Positions 32,634-46,017 of a stretch of DNA of 64,000 nucleotides are shown one piece after another. The number at the start of each line of letters is the position of its first letter. The stretch's first letter is position 1. This DNA is from Macrostomum lignano (Eukaryota). A program made the position numbers and the translations under genes. The DNA lies in assembly GCA_002269645.1 (NCBI GenBank), contig NIVC01001315.1, forward strand, positions 186,001-250,000, read 5' to 3'. The notes beneath the pieces are model-generated. The model was given only the letters and a program-made list of their open reading frames with translations. It did no database searches and had not been told where the DNA came from.

Positions 32634-35600
32634 TCACACCGCAGTCTCCCTGAACACGCAGATTGTGGTGCCGTCCCGGCGCACGTGGGCGTACACCGCC
32701 CCGTTGCGGTCCGTCAGCTTCACCTGTACGCCCGGCTGGTCGAGCAGCCGGCTGAGCAGCGGCGGGGACGGCATGTCGGCGGGGTCCAGGATGCAGCCGG
32801 CGGCATCGGCTGTTGGGGGGGGGGGAAGGAAGGCAAGCGGTTTGTCTGAGAAATTGGCATCTAGTAGAACACTGCATGCCACTAAGAATCTCACTTAAGG
32901 CTAGCAGTCATCCGCATGGGAATTAAGATAACAATTAAGAATACTATTTGAGCAAGAGAGACATGAGGAGTGGGAGAAGAGACAGGCGACGGAGGGGGAG
33001 AGACAGGCGGGGGGAGACAGGCGGGGGAGACAGGCAGGGGAGACAGGCGGAGGAGACAGGCAGTGAGGAGAGGAGACAGGCGGGGGAGGGGGAGAGACAG
33101 GCACTGAGGGGAGGAGACAGGCGGTGAGGGAATGAGACAGGCGGTGAGGGAATTAGACAGGCGGGGGAGACAGGCGGAGGAGACATGCAGTGAGGGGAGG
33201 AGACAGGCGGGGGAGACAGGCGGAGGAGACAGGCGGGGGAGACAGGCGGAGGAGACAGGCGGGGGAGACAGGCGGAGGAGACAGGCGGGGGAGACAGGCG
33301 GAGGAGACAGGCACTGAGGAGAGGAGACAGGCGGGGGAGGGGGAGAGACAGGCAGTGAGGGGAAGAGACAGGCAGGGGAGGGGAGGAGACAGGCGGTGAG
33401 GGGAGGAGACAGGCGGTGAGGGGAGGAGACAGGCGGTGAGGGGAGGAGACAGGCGGTGAGGGGAGGAGACAGGCAGTGAGGGGAGAAGACAGGCGGAGGA
33501 GACAGGCGGGGGAGGGGAAGAGACAGGCACTGAGGGGAGGAGACAGGCGGTGAGGGAATGAGACAGGCGGTGAGGGAATGAGACAGGCGGTGAGGGAAGG
33601 AGACAGGCGGTGAGGGAAGGAGACAGGCACTGAGGGGAGGAGACAGGCGGTGAGGGAATGAGACAGGCGGTGAGGGAATGAGACAGGCGGTGAGGGAAGG
33701 AGACAGGCGGTGAGGGAAGGAGACAGGCGGTGAGGGAAGGAGACAGGCGGTGAGGGGAGGAGACAGGCGGTGAGGGAAGGAGACAGGCGGTGAGGGAATT
33801 AGACAGGCGGGGGAGGGGAAGAGACAGGCACTGAGGGGAGGAGACAGGCGGTGAGGGAATGAGACAGGCGGTGAGGGGAGGAGACAGGCGGTGAGGGAAG
33901 GAGACAGGCGGTGAGGGGAGGAGACAGGCACTGAGGGGAGACAGGCGGTGAGGGAAGGAGACAGGCGGTGAGGGAATTAGACAGGCGGGGAGGGGGAGAG
34001 ACAGGCACTGAGGGGAGGAGACAGGCGGTGAGGGAAGGAGACAGGCGGTGAGGGGAGGAGACAGGCGGTGAGGGAAGGAGACAGGCGGTGAGGGGAGGAG
34101 ACAGGCACTGAGGGGAGACAGGCGGTGAGGGAAGGAGACAGGCGGTGAGGGAATTAGACAGGCGGGGGAGGGGGAGAGACAGGCACTGAGGGGAGGAGAC
34201 AGGCGGTGAGGGAAGGAGACAGGCGGTGAGGGAAGGAGACAGGCGGTGAGGGAATGAGACAGGCGGTGAGGGAAGGAGACAGGCGGTGAGGGAATGAGAC
34301 AGGCGGTGAGGGAAGGAGACAGGCGGTGAGGGAAGGAGACAGGCGGTGAGGGGAGGAGACAGGCGGTGAGGGGAGACAGGAGGTGAAAGAGACAGACAGA
34401 GTTGAATAAAGTCAGCATAAAATTCAAGACAGTCAAAATCCAATAAAAGTACAGCATGATGCTGTTTGCGACTTAATGGTGTGCGAACTCAAGGCGAGCC
34501 TCAAGTTGCCGGCACTCCAGCAGGCCGGCTCAGACAATTAGTTGCCAATCAATAATAGAAGACCCTTGAGATGCTACTGCAAGTAAACTAAATGCTAAAA
34601 ACTCTAAGAAAACAATTGAGGAAAACAGAAGAGGAGAGAAGCAAAGTACAGATTAGGGCGGGAGTAAATTGGGAGGCAGAAAAAGCAAAAACCTACTCGG
34701 TCACAGCTCACTGTGGCTTTCTTCTGAAAGAGAATGTCATCAATCAATGTTTAGTCATCTGTTTAGGCAATGCGGACTAAGGCTTTGGGTAGCAACTGGC
34801 AACACACTCAATGCTGAGAAAAGTACATATGCACGATAAATGCACCAAAACACCCAGTCTAGTGCGTGCCACTGGTTCATTAATTACTCCTCCTGACCTC
34901 CAGACTCGGGCTATACTGGTTCGATTCTAGAAATTCTTTAAAGTACTCAGTCTTCAAGTAATACATGTACCAGCTACAGGTGTACCATGCAGCTACAGGT
35001 GTACCAGCTACAGGTGTACCAGCTACAGGTGCACCAGCTACAGGTGCACCAGCTAGAGGTGCACCAGCTACAGGTGTACCAGCTACAGGTGCACCAGCTA
35101 CAGGTGTACCAGCTACAGGTGCACCAGCTACAGGTGCACCAGCTAGAGGTGCACCAGCTACAGGTGTACCAGCTACAGGTGCACCAGCTACAGGTGTACC
35201 AGCTACAGGTGCACCAGCTACAGGTGCACCAGCTACAAGTGCACCAGCTATAAGTGCACCAGCTACAGGTGCACCAGCTACAGGGTGCACCAGCTACCGA
35301 CAACACAGCTACAGGTGCACCAGCTACAGGTGCACCAGCTACAAGTGCACCAGCTACAGGTGCACCAGCTAGAGGTGCACCAGCTACAGGTGTACCAGCT
35401 ACAGGTGCACCAGCTACAAGTGCACCAGCTACAGGGTGCACCAGCTACAGGGTGCACCAGCTACCGACAACACAGCTACAGGTGTACACAAACAGCCTGG
35501 TGGACCATCGGAACTCCAACTTTGCTGGTCCTTACCTTCGGCATCTGCCGCGGTGCACAGCAGGGTGGAGAGGAACACGGGCTTGTGGTCGCCCAGGCAG

Positions 35601-38600
35601 TCGTCCAGGCCGAGGACGGCGTACTGAGTCGGCTGGTCAGGCGGGCACAGCAGGGCGCGCCGGGCGGAGTGGCTGCAGAGCACGCGGTCGCACCAGCCGG
35701 GCAGGCGGGTGGCCATGTAGTCGGTGGCCGCGCCCGGCGCCTGGCAGTCCTCGCTGAACGGGTAGGTCGGCGGGAAGGTCACGGGGAACTCAAACAGGTG
35801 CTGGTCGAACGATTTCAGCTCGAAGTCGAGTTCGTTAAGCTGCGATGGGGGCGGCAGTGAGGTATGCGGGGAGCTGCGGCCATGCAGTGATGCAAGTGCT
35901 TCAGCCACACACCATTCGCACATCAGTCACACATCATTATCACATAATTCATATTATCATCATTCATCATCTCATCATCTGATTCATCATTATCACATCA
36001 GTCACATAATTATCACATCAGTCGCACATCATTATCACATCAGTTGCACATCATTAACACATAATTCATACATCAGTCCCACACCATTCGCACATCATGC
36101 ACGCAGCACAGTCTCACCCAGCAGTTCTTGTTCTCATAGAACTCATTAGCGCCGTTGTCCGAGCGCCGCTCGAACAGCTTCTTGCCCACCGACAGCAGGC
36201 AGCCGCCGTTCTCGCCGTTACCGGCGGCCAGGAAGTCGACGCGGCTCGGCCGGCCGCTCTTGTCCGACTGCTCCCGCCGCTCGGCGCCGTCCGCGACCGC
36301 CTGTGCAAGAAAAGACGGAAGCATGAGCCGAGGGGAATTCCACAGGGGAATAGGGGACCTGAGACTGGGGGAATTCCACAGGGGAATAGGGGACCTGAGC
36401 CTGGGGTAATTCCACAGGGGAATTGGGGACCTGAGCCTGGGGGAATTCCACAGGGGAATAGGGGACCTGAGACTGGGGGAATTCCACAGGGGAATAGGGG
36501 ACCTGAGCCTGGGGTAATTCCACAGGGGAATTGGGGACCTGAGCCTGGGGGGATTCCACAGACGAAATGGGGACCTGAGCCTGGGGGAATTCCACAGGGG
36601 AATTGGGGACCTGAGCCTGGGGGAATTCCACAGACGAAATGGGGACCTGAGCCTGGGGGAATTCCACAGACGAAATGGGGACCTGAGCCTGGGGGAATTC
36701 CACAGGGGAATAGGGGACCTGAGCCTGGGGGAATTCCACAGGGGAATAGGGGACCTGAGCCTGGGGGAATTCCACAGGGGAATAGGGGACCTGAGCCTGG
36801 GGGAATTCCACAGGGGAATTGGGGACCTGAGCCTGGGGGAATTCCACAGGGGAATTGGGGACCTGAGCCTGGGGGAATTCCACAGGGGAATAGGGGAGCT
36901 GAGCCTGGGGGAATTCCACAGGGGAATAGGGGACCTGAGCCTGGGGGAATTCCACAGGGAAATTGGGGAGCTGAGCCCGAGGGAATTCCACAGGGAAATT
37001 GGGGAGCTGAGCCTGGGGGAATTCCATAGGGGAATTGGGGAGCTGAGCCTGGGGGAATTCCACAGGGGAATAGGGGACCTGAGCCTGGGGGAATTCCACA
37101 GGGGAATAGGGGAGCTGAGCCTGGGGGAATTCCACAGGGGAATAGGGGAGCTGAGCCCGAGCTGTCCGCAGTATTTCACAGGCAAACATTGGCAAAACTC
37201 GGAGGCCCAACCCTGAGATAGCCGACCATGTCCAGGCGGAAGTTAAAGTCGCCGAACAGAAAGGTCGGGAGTTCGATGCTCGCCGACCCGTTGAGCAGCT
37301 GGTCGAGCGTCCAGTTGAAAGCGCCGCGTCTGAAGTCCGCGTAGATGGACGGCGTCTGCGGGACGGAACGGCTGCTATGATTGGATATCTGCCGCCTGTG
37401 ACTACTGGATATCTGCCGTCTGTTACTACTGGATATCTGCCGCCTGTGACTACTGGACATTTGCCGTCTGTGACTACTGGATATCTGCCGTCTGTGACTA
37501 CTGGATATCTGCCGTCTGTGACTACTGGATATCTGCCGTCTGTGACTACTGGATATCTGCCGTCTGTGACTACTGGATATCTGCCGTCTGTGACTACGGG
37601 ATATTTGCCGCCTGTGACTACGGGATATTTGCCGTCTGTGACTACGGGATATCTGCCGTCTGTGACTACTGGATATCTGCCGCCTGTGGCTACTTGATAA
37701 CTGACATTTATTACTACTGGATATCTGCCGCCTGTGACTACTGGACATTTGCCGTCTGTGACTACTGGATATCTGCCGTCTGTGACTACTGGATATCTGC
37801 CGTCTGTTACTACTGGATATCTGCCGTCTGTGACTACTGGATATCTGCCGTCTTTGACTACGGGATATCTGCCGCCTGTGACTACTGGATATCTGCCGCC
37901 TGTGGCTACTGGATAACTGACATTTATTACTCTGGATAACTGACATTTATTACTCTGGATAACTGACATTTATTACTCTGGATAACTGACATTTATTACT
38001 CTGGATAACTGACATTTATTACTCTGGATAACTGACATATATTACTCTGGATAACTGACATTTATTACTCTGGATAACTGACATTTATTACTACTGGATA
38101 ACTGACATTTATTACTCTGGATAACTGACATTTATTACTCTGGATAACTGACATTTATTACTCTGGATAACTGACATTTATTACTCTGGATAACTGACAT
38201 TTATTACTCTGGATAACTGACATTTATTACTCTGGATAACTGACATTTATTACTCTGGATAACTGACATTTATTACTCTGGATAACTGACATTTATTACT
38301 CTGGATAACTGACATTTATTACTCTGGATAACTGACATTTATTACTCTGGATAACTGACATTTATTACTCTGGATAACTGACATTTATTACTCTGGATAA
38401 CTGACATTTATTACTACTGGATAACTGACATTTATTACTCTGGATAACTGACATTTATTACTACTGGATAACTGACATTTATTACTCTGGATAACTGACA
38501 TTTATTACTCTGGATAACTGACATTTATTACTCTGGATAACTGACATTTATTACTCTGGATAACTGACATTTATTACTCTGGATAACTGACATTTATTAC

Positions 38601-41600
38601 TCTGGATAACTGACATTTATTACTCTGGATAACTGACATTTATTACTCTGGATAACTGACATTTATTACTCTGGATAACTGACATTTATTACTCTGGATA
38701 ACTGACATTTATTACTCTGGATAACTGACATTTATTACTCTGGATAACTGACATTTATTACTCTGGATAACTGACATTTATTACTCTGGATAACTGACAT
38801 TTATTACTCTGGATAACTGACATTTATTACTCTGGATAACTGACATTTATTACTCTGGATAACTGACATTTATTACTCTGGATAACTGACATTTATTACT
38901 CTGGATAACTGACATTTATTACTCTGGATAACTGACATTTATTACTACTGGATAACTGACATTTATTACTACTGGATAACTGACATTTATTACTCTGGAT
39001 AACTGACATTTATTACTCTGGATAACTGACATTTATTACTCTGGATAACTGACATTTATTACTCTGGATAACTGACATTTATTACTCTGGATAACTGACA
39101 TTTATTACTCTGGATAACTGACATTTATTACTCTGGATAACTGACATTTATTACTACTGGATAACTGACATTTATTACTCTGGATAACTGACATTTATTA
39201 CTCTGGATAACTGACATTTATTACTCTGGATAACTGACATTTATTACTACTGGATAACTGACATTTATTACTACTGGATAACTGCCGTCTGTGACATCCA
39301 CATCCTGCAGAGTAACTGCCACATCCTATGGGATAACTATAACATCATATAAAATTATATCTGCCTACTGGATGACTGCCCTATAAATAGAACAATGCTT
39401 CTGCGATATCTGCCTATCTGCCAAACTTACCCGAGACATGCTCTCCAGATTTGAGTCGTCGTGAAAGAGGTGCACATTGACTAAGTCAAAGCTAAGCCGC
39501 CCCACCTGCCAGCGGGTGCGCATGTAGCCTTTGCGAGACCAGGTGCGCTGCGGGCCGAACGGGAGGGTGGGAGCTGCAGGGCCGATTGATATTAAACTGG
39601 GGTAGCACCCGGCACCGGGTGAATAAGGGGCTGAGGTAGGCTAGCACCAGGTGCACATGAGCCCAGGTGGGCTAGCACCAGGTGCACATGAGCCCAGGTG
39701 GGCTAGCACCAGGTGCACATGAGCCCAGGTGGGCTAGCACCAGGTGCACATGACAAATGCAAACACCAATGACAACACACATAGCAGACAACACACATGG
39801 CAGACAACTCACATTGGGAAAAAGTTCCAATGGAAATTTCTGCTTGTCCTTTTCGCCCACCGATTCGATGGAACCGTCGTAGACCTGAAAGCAACGTCGG
39901 CGTGCGTTACATGACAAGATTTCAACGAGAGAACTTTATAATCGTATGAGAGAAAAGGAGCAATACGAAGGTAAAGATTCAGATCCTCAGTTGCTGGGCC
40001 AGCCTCCCAGATCCCCAGTCGCTGGGCCAGCCTCCCAGATCCTCAGTTGCTGGGCCAGCCTCCCAGATCCCCAGTCGCTGGGCCAGCCTCCCAGATCCTC
40101 AGTTGCTGGGCCAGCCTCCCAGATCCCCAGTCGCTGGGCCAGCCTCCCAGATCCTCAGTTGCTGGGCCAGCCTCCCAGATCCCCAGTCGCTGGGCCAGCC
40201 TCCCAGATCCTCAGTTGCTGGGCCAGCCTCCCAGATCCCCAGTCGCTGGGCCAGTCCCCCAGATCCTCAGTTGCTGGGCCAGCCTCCCAGATCCTCAGTC
40301 GCTGGGCCAGTCCCCCAGATCCTCAGTTGCTGGGCCAGCCTCCCAGATCCTCAGTTGCTGGGCCAGTCCCCCAGATCCTCAGTTGCTGGGCCGCCCTATC
40401 AGATCCTCAGTTGCTGGGCCGCCCTATCAGATCCTCAGTTGCTGGGCCGCCCTATCAGATCCTCAGTTGTTGGGCCGCCCTATCAGATCCTCAGTTGCTG
40501 GGCCGCCCTATCAGATCCCCTGTCGCTGGGCCAGCTTCCCAGATCCCCAGTCGCTAGGCCTCGCTCCTGACTCTTTCTAATTAATCAATCCAGCACAATA
40601 TCGTAAAAGCCGCAGCCTCGGCGTGCTGCAATACGGACGAGGCGATCCCAGCGCATCAGCTGGAGCCGCCAGAAGGCAAAAATCTGGCAGCCGTTTTTGG
40701 CAGACGGGTTTGAGCCGTTGCTGGGGCTCCGGGCGGCTTAGAGATTAATGGCTGGGGTTTGGCCTCGCAGACTCAGTGGGGAATCAAAAGTGCACGGGAG
40801 AACTCAGAGTTCGGAGCAGAGCAGAGACGATGGCTGCTCAAATATTTATTGACATCGGGCTGGCTTTGAAGAGCCGAGAGAGGCGTCAGTCCGCCTGGAG
40901 CGGGTCGATAGCCAAAGGCAAGTCAAACAGATCCGGGTGGAAGCAGATTTCGGAGTGCAAAGAAGCCACATATCTCGGAGCAGACTCTGCAGTATCAGAT
41001 GGCGCGGATATAAAAGAGCCACCATGTCAGACAATCCGGGTCAGATTTTCAGTGTGGGTCAGGGTGAGATTCTCAGTGTGGGTCAGGGTCAGATTCTCAG
41101 TGTGGGTCAGGGTCAGATTCTCAGTGTGGGTCAGGGTGAGATTCTCAGTGTGGGTCAGGGTCAGATTCTCAGTGTGGGTCAGGGTGAGGTTCTCAGTGTG
41201 GGTCAGGGTCAGATTCTCATTGTGGGTCAGGGTGAGATTCTCAGTGTGGGTCAGGGTGAGATTATCAGTGTGGGTCAGGGTGAGATTCTCGGTGTGGGTC
41301 AGGGTGAGATTCTCAGTGTGGGTCAGGGTGAGATTCTCAGTGTGGGTCAGGGTGAGATTCTCAGTGTGGGTCAGGGTGAGATTCTCAGTGTGGGTCAGGG
41401 TCAGGGTGAGATTCTCAGTGTGGGTCAGGGTCAGGGTGAGATTCTCAGTGTGGGTCAGGGTCAGGGTGAGATTCTCAGTGTGGGTCAGGGTGAGTTTCTC
41501 AATGTGGGTCAGGGTGAGATTCTCAGTGTGGGTCAGGGTGAGATTCTCAGTGTGGGTCAGGGTGAGATTCTCAGTGTGGGTCAGGGTGAGATTCTCAGTG

Positions 41601-44600
41601 TGGGTCAGGGTGAGATTCTCAGTGTGGGTCAGGGTGAGATTCTCAGTGTGGGTCAGGGTGAGATTCTCAGTGTGGGTCAGGGTCAGGGTGAGATTCTCAG
41701 TGTGGGTCAGGGTGAGATTCTCAGTGTGGGTCAGGGTGAGATTTTCAATAATTATCAATACCATGGGTTCTCAGTTGGGTTCAAAATAAACCTGAATGTC
41801 CGTCACGAGAGCTCCCAGACTCACCTTGGTGTCTTTAACGTTGACAAAGTCGGAGCTGGCGAAGTCCCAGATGCGGATGTCAACAACTCGCGAGTGTACG
41901 AAGTAAAGCGAGCCCAGGGCCTGTGGAGGGATGGGATCAGTGAGTCATGGCTCTGTGGGATCAGTGAGTCATGGCTATATGGGTGCTGTGGGCGATATAT
42001 CTATGGGTGGTGTCGGTTTTTATAACTCTGTAGATTTTGTGAGCCTGTGTGTGACGGTCATGGCTCTTTGATGGTTGGGTCATGGCTCTGTGCTGTCTAA
42101 GAATGTGTGATTCTCGTTTCTGTGGTCCACAACAGACTCAGAGCCAGCACGAACCGTAAAGGTTTCAGCAGTTTTGAAGTCTTCATCTAGGAATATGCGA
42201 ACTCTGTCATAGCTGTTTAGGTCTGGCGACGCCAGGAGATCTCTGCAAAATTGATTACAGGTGAGTCATTGATAAATGCCAATATCATTCAAAATCAACT
42301 AATTCCTTACTAAAGCAATAAATCAATCAATCTCCTCCCCATTGATCATCAATCAATCAATCGATCTGCTCGCCCATCGATCATCAATCAATCAATCTGC
42401 TAGCCCATCGATCATCAATCAATAAATCTGCTAGCCCATCGATCATCAATCAATCAATCAATCTGCTCGCCCACCGATCATCAATCAATCAATCTGCTCG
42501 CCCATCGATCATCAATCAATCAATCTGCTCGCCCACCGATCATCAATTAATTAGTCTGCTCGCCCATCGATCATCAATCAATCAATCAATCTGCTCGCCC
42601 ACCGAGCATCAATTAATCAATCTCCTCCTCATCGATCATCAATCAATCAATCAGTCTGCTCGCCCATCGATCATCAATCAATCAATCAATCTGCTCGCCC
42701 ACCGATCATCAATTAATCAATCTGCTCGCCCACCGATCATCAATCAATCAATCTGCTCGCCCACCGATCATCAATTAATCAATCTGCTCGCCCACCGATC
42801 ATCAATTAATCAATCTGCTCGCCCATTGATCAACAATCAATCAATCAGTCTGCTCGCCCACCGATCATCAATCAATCAATCAATCTGCTCGCCCACCGAT
42901 CATCAATCAATCAATCTGCTCGCCCACCGATCATCAATCAATCAATCTGCTTGCCCACCGATCATCAATTAATCATTCTGCTCGCCCATTGATCATCAAT
43001 CAATCAATCTGCTCGCCCACCGATCATCAATCAATCAATCTGCTCGCCCACCGATCATCATCAATCAATCAATCTGCTCGCCCATCGATCATCAATCAAT
43101 CAGTCTGCTCGCCCATCGATCATCAATCAATCTCCTCCTCATCGATCATCAATCAATCAATCAATCTGCTCGCCCATTGATCATCAATCAATCAATCTGC
43201 TCGCCCATCGATCATCAATCAATCAATCAATCTGCTCGCCCATTGATCATCAATCAATCAATCTGCTCGCCCATCGATCATCAATCAATCAATCTGCTCG
43301 CCCATCGATCATCAATCAATCAATCAATCTGCTCGCCCATTGATCATCAATCAATCAATCTGCTTGCCCATCGATCATCAATCAATCAATCTGCTCGCCC
43401 ATCGATCATCAATCAATCAATCAATCTGCTCGCCCATTGATCATCAATCAATCAATCTGCTCGCCCGCCGATCATCAATCAATCAGTCTGCTCGCCCATC
43501 GATCATCAATCAATCAATCAATCTGCTCGCCCACCGATCATCAATCAATCAATCTGCTCGCCCACCGATCATCAATCAATCAATCTGCTTGCCCACCGAT
43601 CATCAATTAATCATTCTGCTCGCCCATTGATCATCAATCAATCAATCTGCTCGCCCACCGATCATCAATCAATCAATCTGCTCGCCCACCGATCATCAAT
43701 CAATCAATCTGCTCGCCCATCGATCATCAATCAATCAATCAATCTGCTCGCCCACCGATCATCAATCAATCAATCAATCTGCTTGCCCACCGATCATCAA
43801 TTAATCATTCTGCTCGCCCACCGATCATCAATCAATCAGTCTGCTCGCCCATCGATCATCAATCAATCAATCAATCTGCTCGCCCACCGATCATCAATCA
43901 ATCAGTCTGCTCGCCCATCGATCATCAATCAATCAATCAATCTGCTCGCCCACCGATCATCAATCAATCAATCTGCTCGCCCACCGATCATCAATCAATC
44001 AATCTGCTCGCCCATCGATCATCAATCAATCAATCAATCTGCTCGCCCACCGATCATCAATCAATCAATCAATCTGCTTGCCCACCGATCATCAATTAAT
44101 CATTCTGCTCGCCCATTGATCATCAATCAATCAGTCTGCTCGCCCACCGATCATCAATCATCACAGTAATCTTACTGAATCCACTTTTTCACGTTCGGCA
44201 TTGACTGGGCAAAGTTTTTACCGCCGACCTCCTGGCAGTGCAGAGCGATGAAGTCGGGGTCTTTGTCCCTGACGACCTGCATAATTGGCAGTTTGTGCAC
44301 TCTTGACATCCAGATATCAAATACCCTCGGCAAAATGTTAAAGTTTCCACCCCGGAAACCAGTGGGCAACTTTTTTCTCAGATCTCAGAGCCGCAAGTGA
44401 CGCAATTTACACCAGGCCCGCGGTTCTCGTCTCAAAGGTGGGCGATGGTGCGATTCGCGTCACAAAGCCCTACTTTAGGAGAAGGAAGTCTCCAGTCTGG
44501 CTAGAGTTAGATTAAACCTGCCCCTTGTTGACCACCGGTTTCGAGATGGTAAACTTTGTCGAGAATAGCTTAAATTTTTAAACATGCAGCATAATTTTTG

Positions 44601-45199
44601 TTTGTTTTAAACAACGCACCTGATAGAACTGATTCAGCCACTTCTTGAAGAGGTTCTCGGGCTAAAATTTGAAATGTGATTCTAGAGATAGGGAGGACAG
44701 GCAGTACAGTTCACGAATTTAAAACAGTTGTTATAATTTTTTACATCTGTTAGAAGATTGATTCAAATATTTTATAGAATTTTAAAGTTTTGCTATGGAA
44801 AAAAGGTATGGTTGTAAAGATTTATAGCAAATCCCAGATGTTTATAAGGATGTAATATGAACAGTCTGATGCAAATTAGCTACTAGTAAAAATCCATGAA
44901 AATTATATCTATAGAATAGTTTAGTTATAAACACAAAATACTCTATTAGTTTAAAAATGAACTAAAAAAGTACAAATAACAAACCTAAATCAATGTCAAT
45001 GACATCATCAGTTATTAACTAGATTGTTGTTTAATGTTTTAATGAAATTATGTTAAAAACAAAGTAAAACCTATATTAAATAAATCAATCAACCAGGATG
45101 ATCATACTAAAATTTATTTGCCTTATCAGCAATAGCACTTACATCATCAAACAATGATCCGACATTTGCTGAGATAAGAAGGGTTTTAAGGTTTTTCAT
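32634..45199 (-). CDS. INPP5A: Type I inositol-polyphosphate 5-phosphatase; 11 exons: 45199-45143, 44661-44620, 44276-44176, 42242-42155, 41920-41825, 39884-39813, 39547-39431, 37355-37212, 36300-36118, 35839-35536, 32845-32634; 471 aa
   Basis: [13 protein letters not shown]|PENLFKKWL; [14 protein letters not shown]; IFLDEDF...FT|ALGSLYFVH; [11 protein letters not shown]...[11 protein letters not shown]; [11 protein letters not shown]; [10 protein letters not shown]; [10 protein letters not shown]; [10 protein letters not shown]. All introns are GT-AG with consistent phases; total 1416 nt. The start codon and last exon are least certain. Confidence 0.93.
32975..34390. repeat. Purine-rich minisatellite (~19-bp GGAGACAGGCGGTGAGGGA variants), INPP5A intron 10
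   Basis: Many variant tandem copies. Confidence 0.95.
34968..35485. repeat. 15-bp minisatellite CCAGCTACAGGTGCA, INPP5A intron 10
   Basis: Tandem copies. Confidence 0.95.
36328..37158. repeat. 36-bp minisatellite GGGGAATTCCACAGGGGAATAGGGGACCTGAGCCTG, INPP5A intron 8
   Basis: ~23 tandem copies. Confidence 0.95.
37380..39295. repeat. Compound minisatellite: 24-bp GGATATCTGCCGTCTGTGACTACT followed by 23-bp CTGGATAACTGACATTTATTACT, INPP5A intron 7
   Basis: Two related unit types, switching near 37910. Confidence 0.95.
39980..40556. repeat. 28-bp minisatellite GCTGGGCCAGCCTCCCAGATCCTCAGTT, INPP5A intron 5
   Basis: ~20 copies; the same family recurs at 56469-56810. Confidence 0.95.
41035..41745. 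repeat. 24-bp minisatellite GTGTGGGTCAGGGTGAGATTCTCA, INPP5A intron 5
   Basis: ~29 copies, some with a GGGTCA duplication. Confidence 0.95.
42320..44165. repeat. Minisatellite/microsatellite hybrid (ATCA)n-TCTGCTCGCCCA(C/T)CGATC, INPP5A intron 3
   Basis: Units of ~31-39 bp differing by ATCA copy number. Confidence 0.95.
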
Positions 45200-46017
45200 T
45201 GCAAGAGACTGTGCCTTGTAACTTGAATACATTTTAAATTCTAATCTAATACTGCATTGTTGGTAATAAGAAATGACAATGCAACTACGACAACAGATAC
45301 CAAAATGCAACGTTTTTTAAAGACTTTATTTTGAACTGATCCCACTTTTGCGTTTTAAAGAAAATTTTATCCCTTTCAAATAAAGCGTTTTATAAAGTAG
45401 ACAAATGATGCTGCGTTTCTTACAGTCCAGCTAAGTATACTTAAAATGAATACAGAAGTGGCAAATTTAATAAAAAGAAACACTTAAAAAACGAGGAACA
45501 ATTACTTCGAATCAGTCAAATAAATGTAATGTATTTCATAAAACTGTATTTGTGACTTTAAAACGTTAGGTATCGTACCTCAAAGACCAAACATTACAGT
45601 TTTTCATGGAATATTTTTTGTATTTTGATATTTTCAATTGAACTTTGCTGAATTTTCGCTTAGTTATTTACCAGTTTTGATTGCAGTTTACTTTATATCA
45701 AAAACACACTACAAGGGTTTACTCTAAAGCTTATTTTATTTCTTGTGTATTCTTCAATGTCTATTTTTTCGTTTGTTATATTTTGTTAAATTTACATTGC
45801 TACCGTAAAACTAGCATCGTTTGATTATAGCTATAAGTATACGAGTATATTAATAGTAAACCTCTTAAATTTCCTCTTAAAGGTTTTCTTAGTAAAATTT
45901 GTGTACGTTAATACTTTACTGGTTGCTAAATCAAACCCTGAACTCAAACCAAATACAAATTGACATGGAAAGCCGATCCTGTGCGGACTGTACTACTGTA
46001 CATGTAGTGCTCTGACA

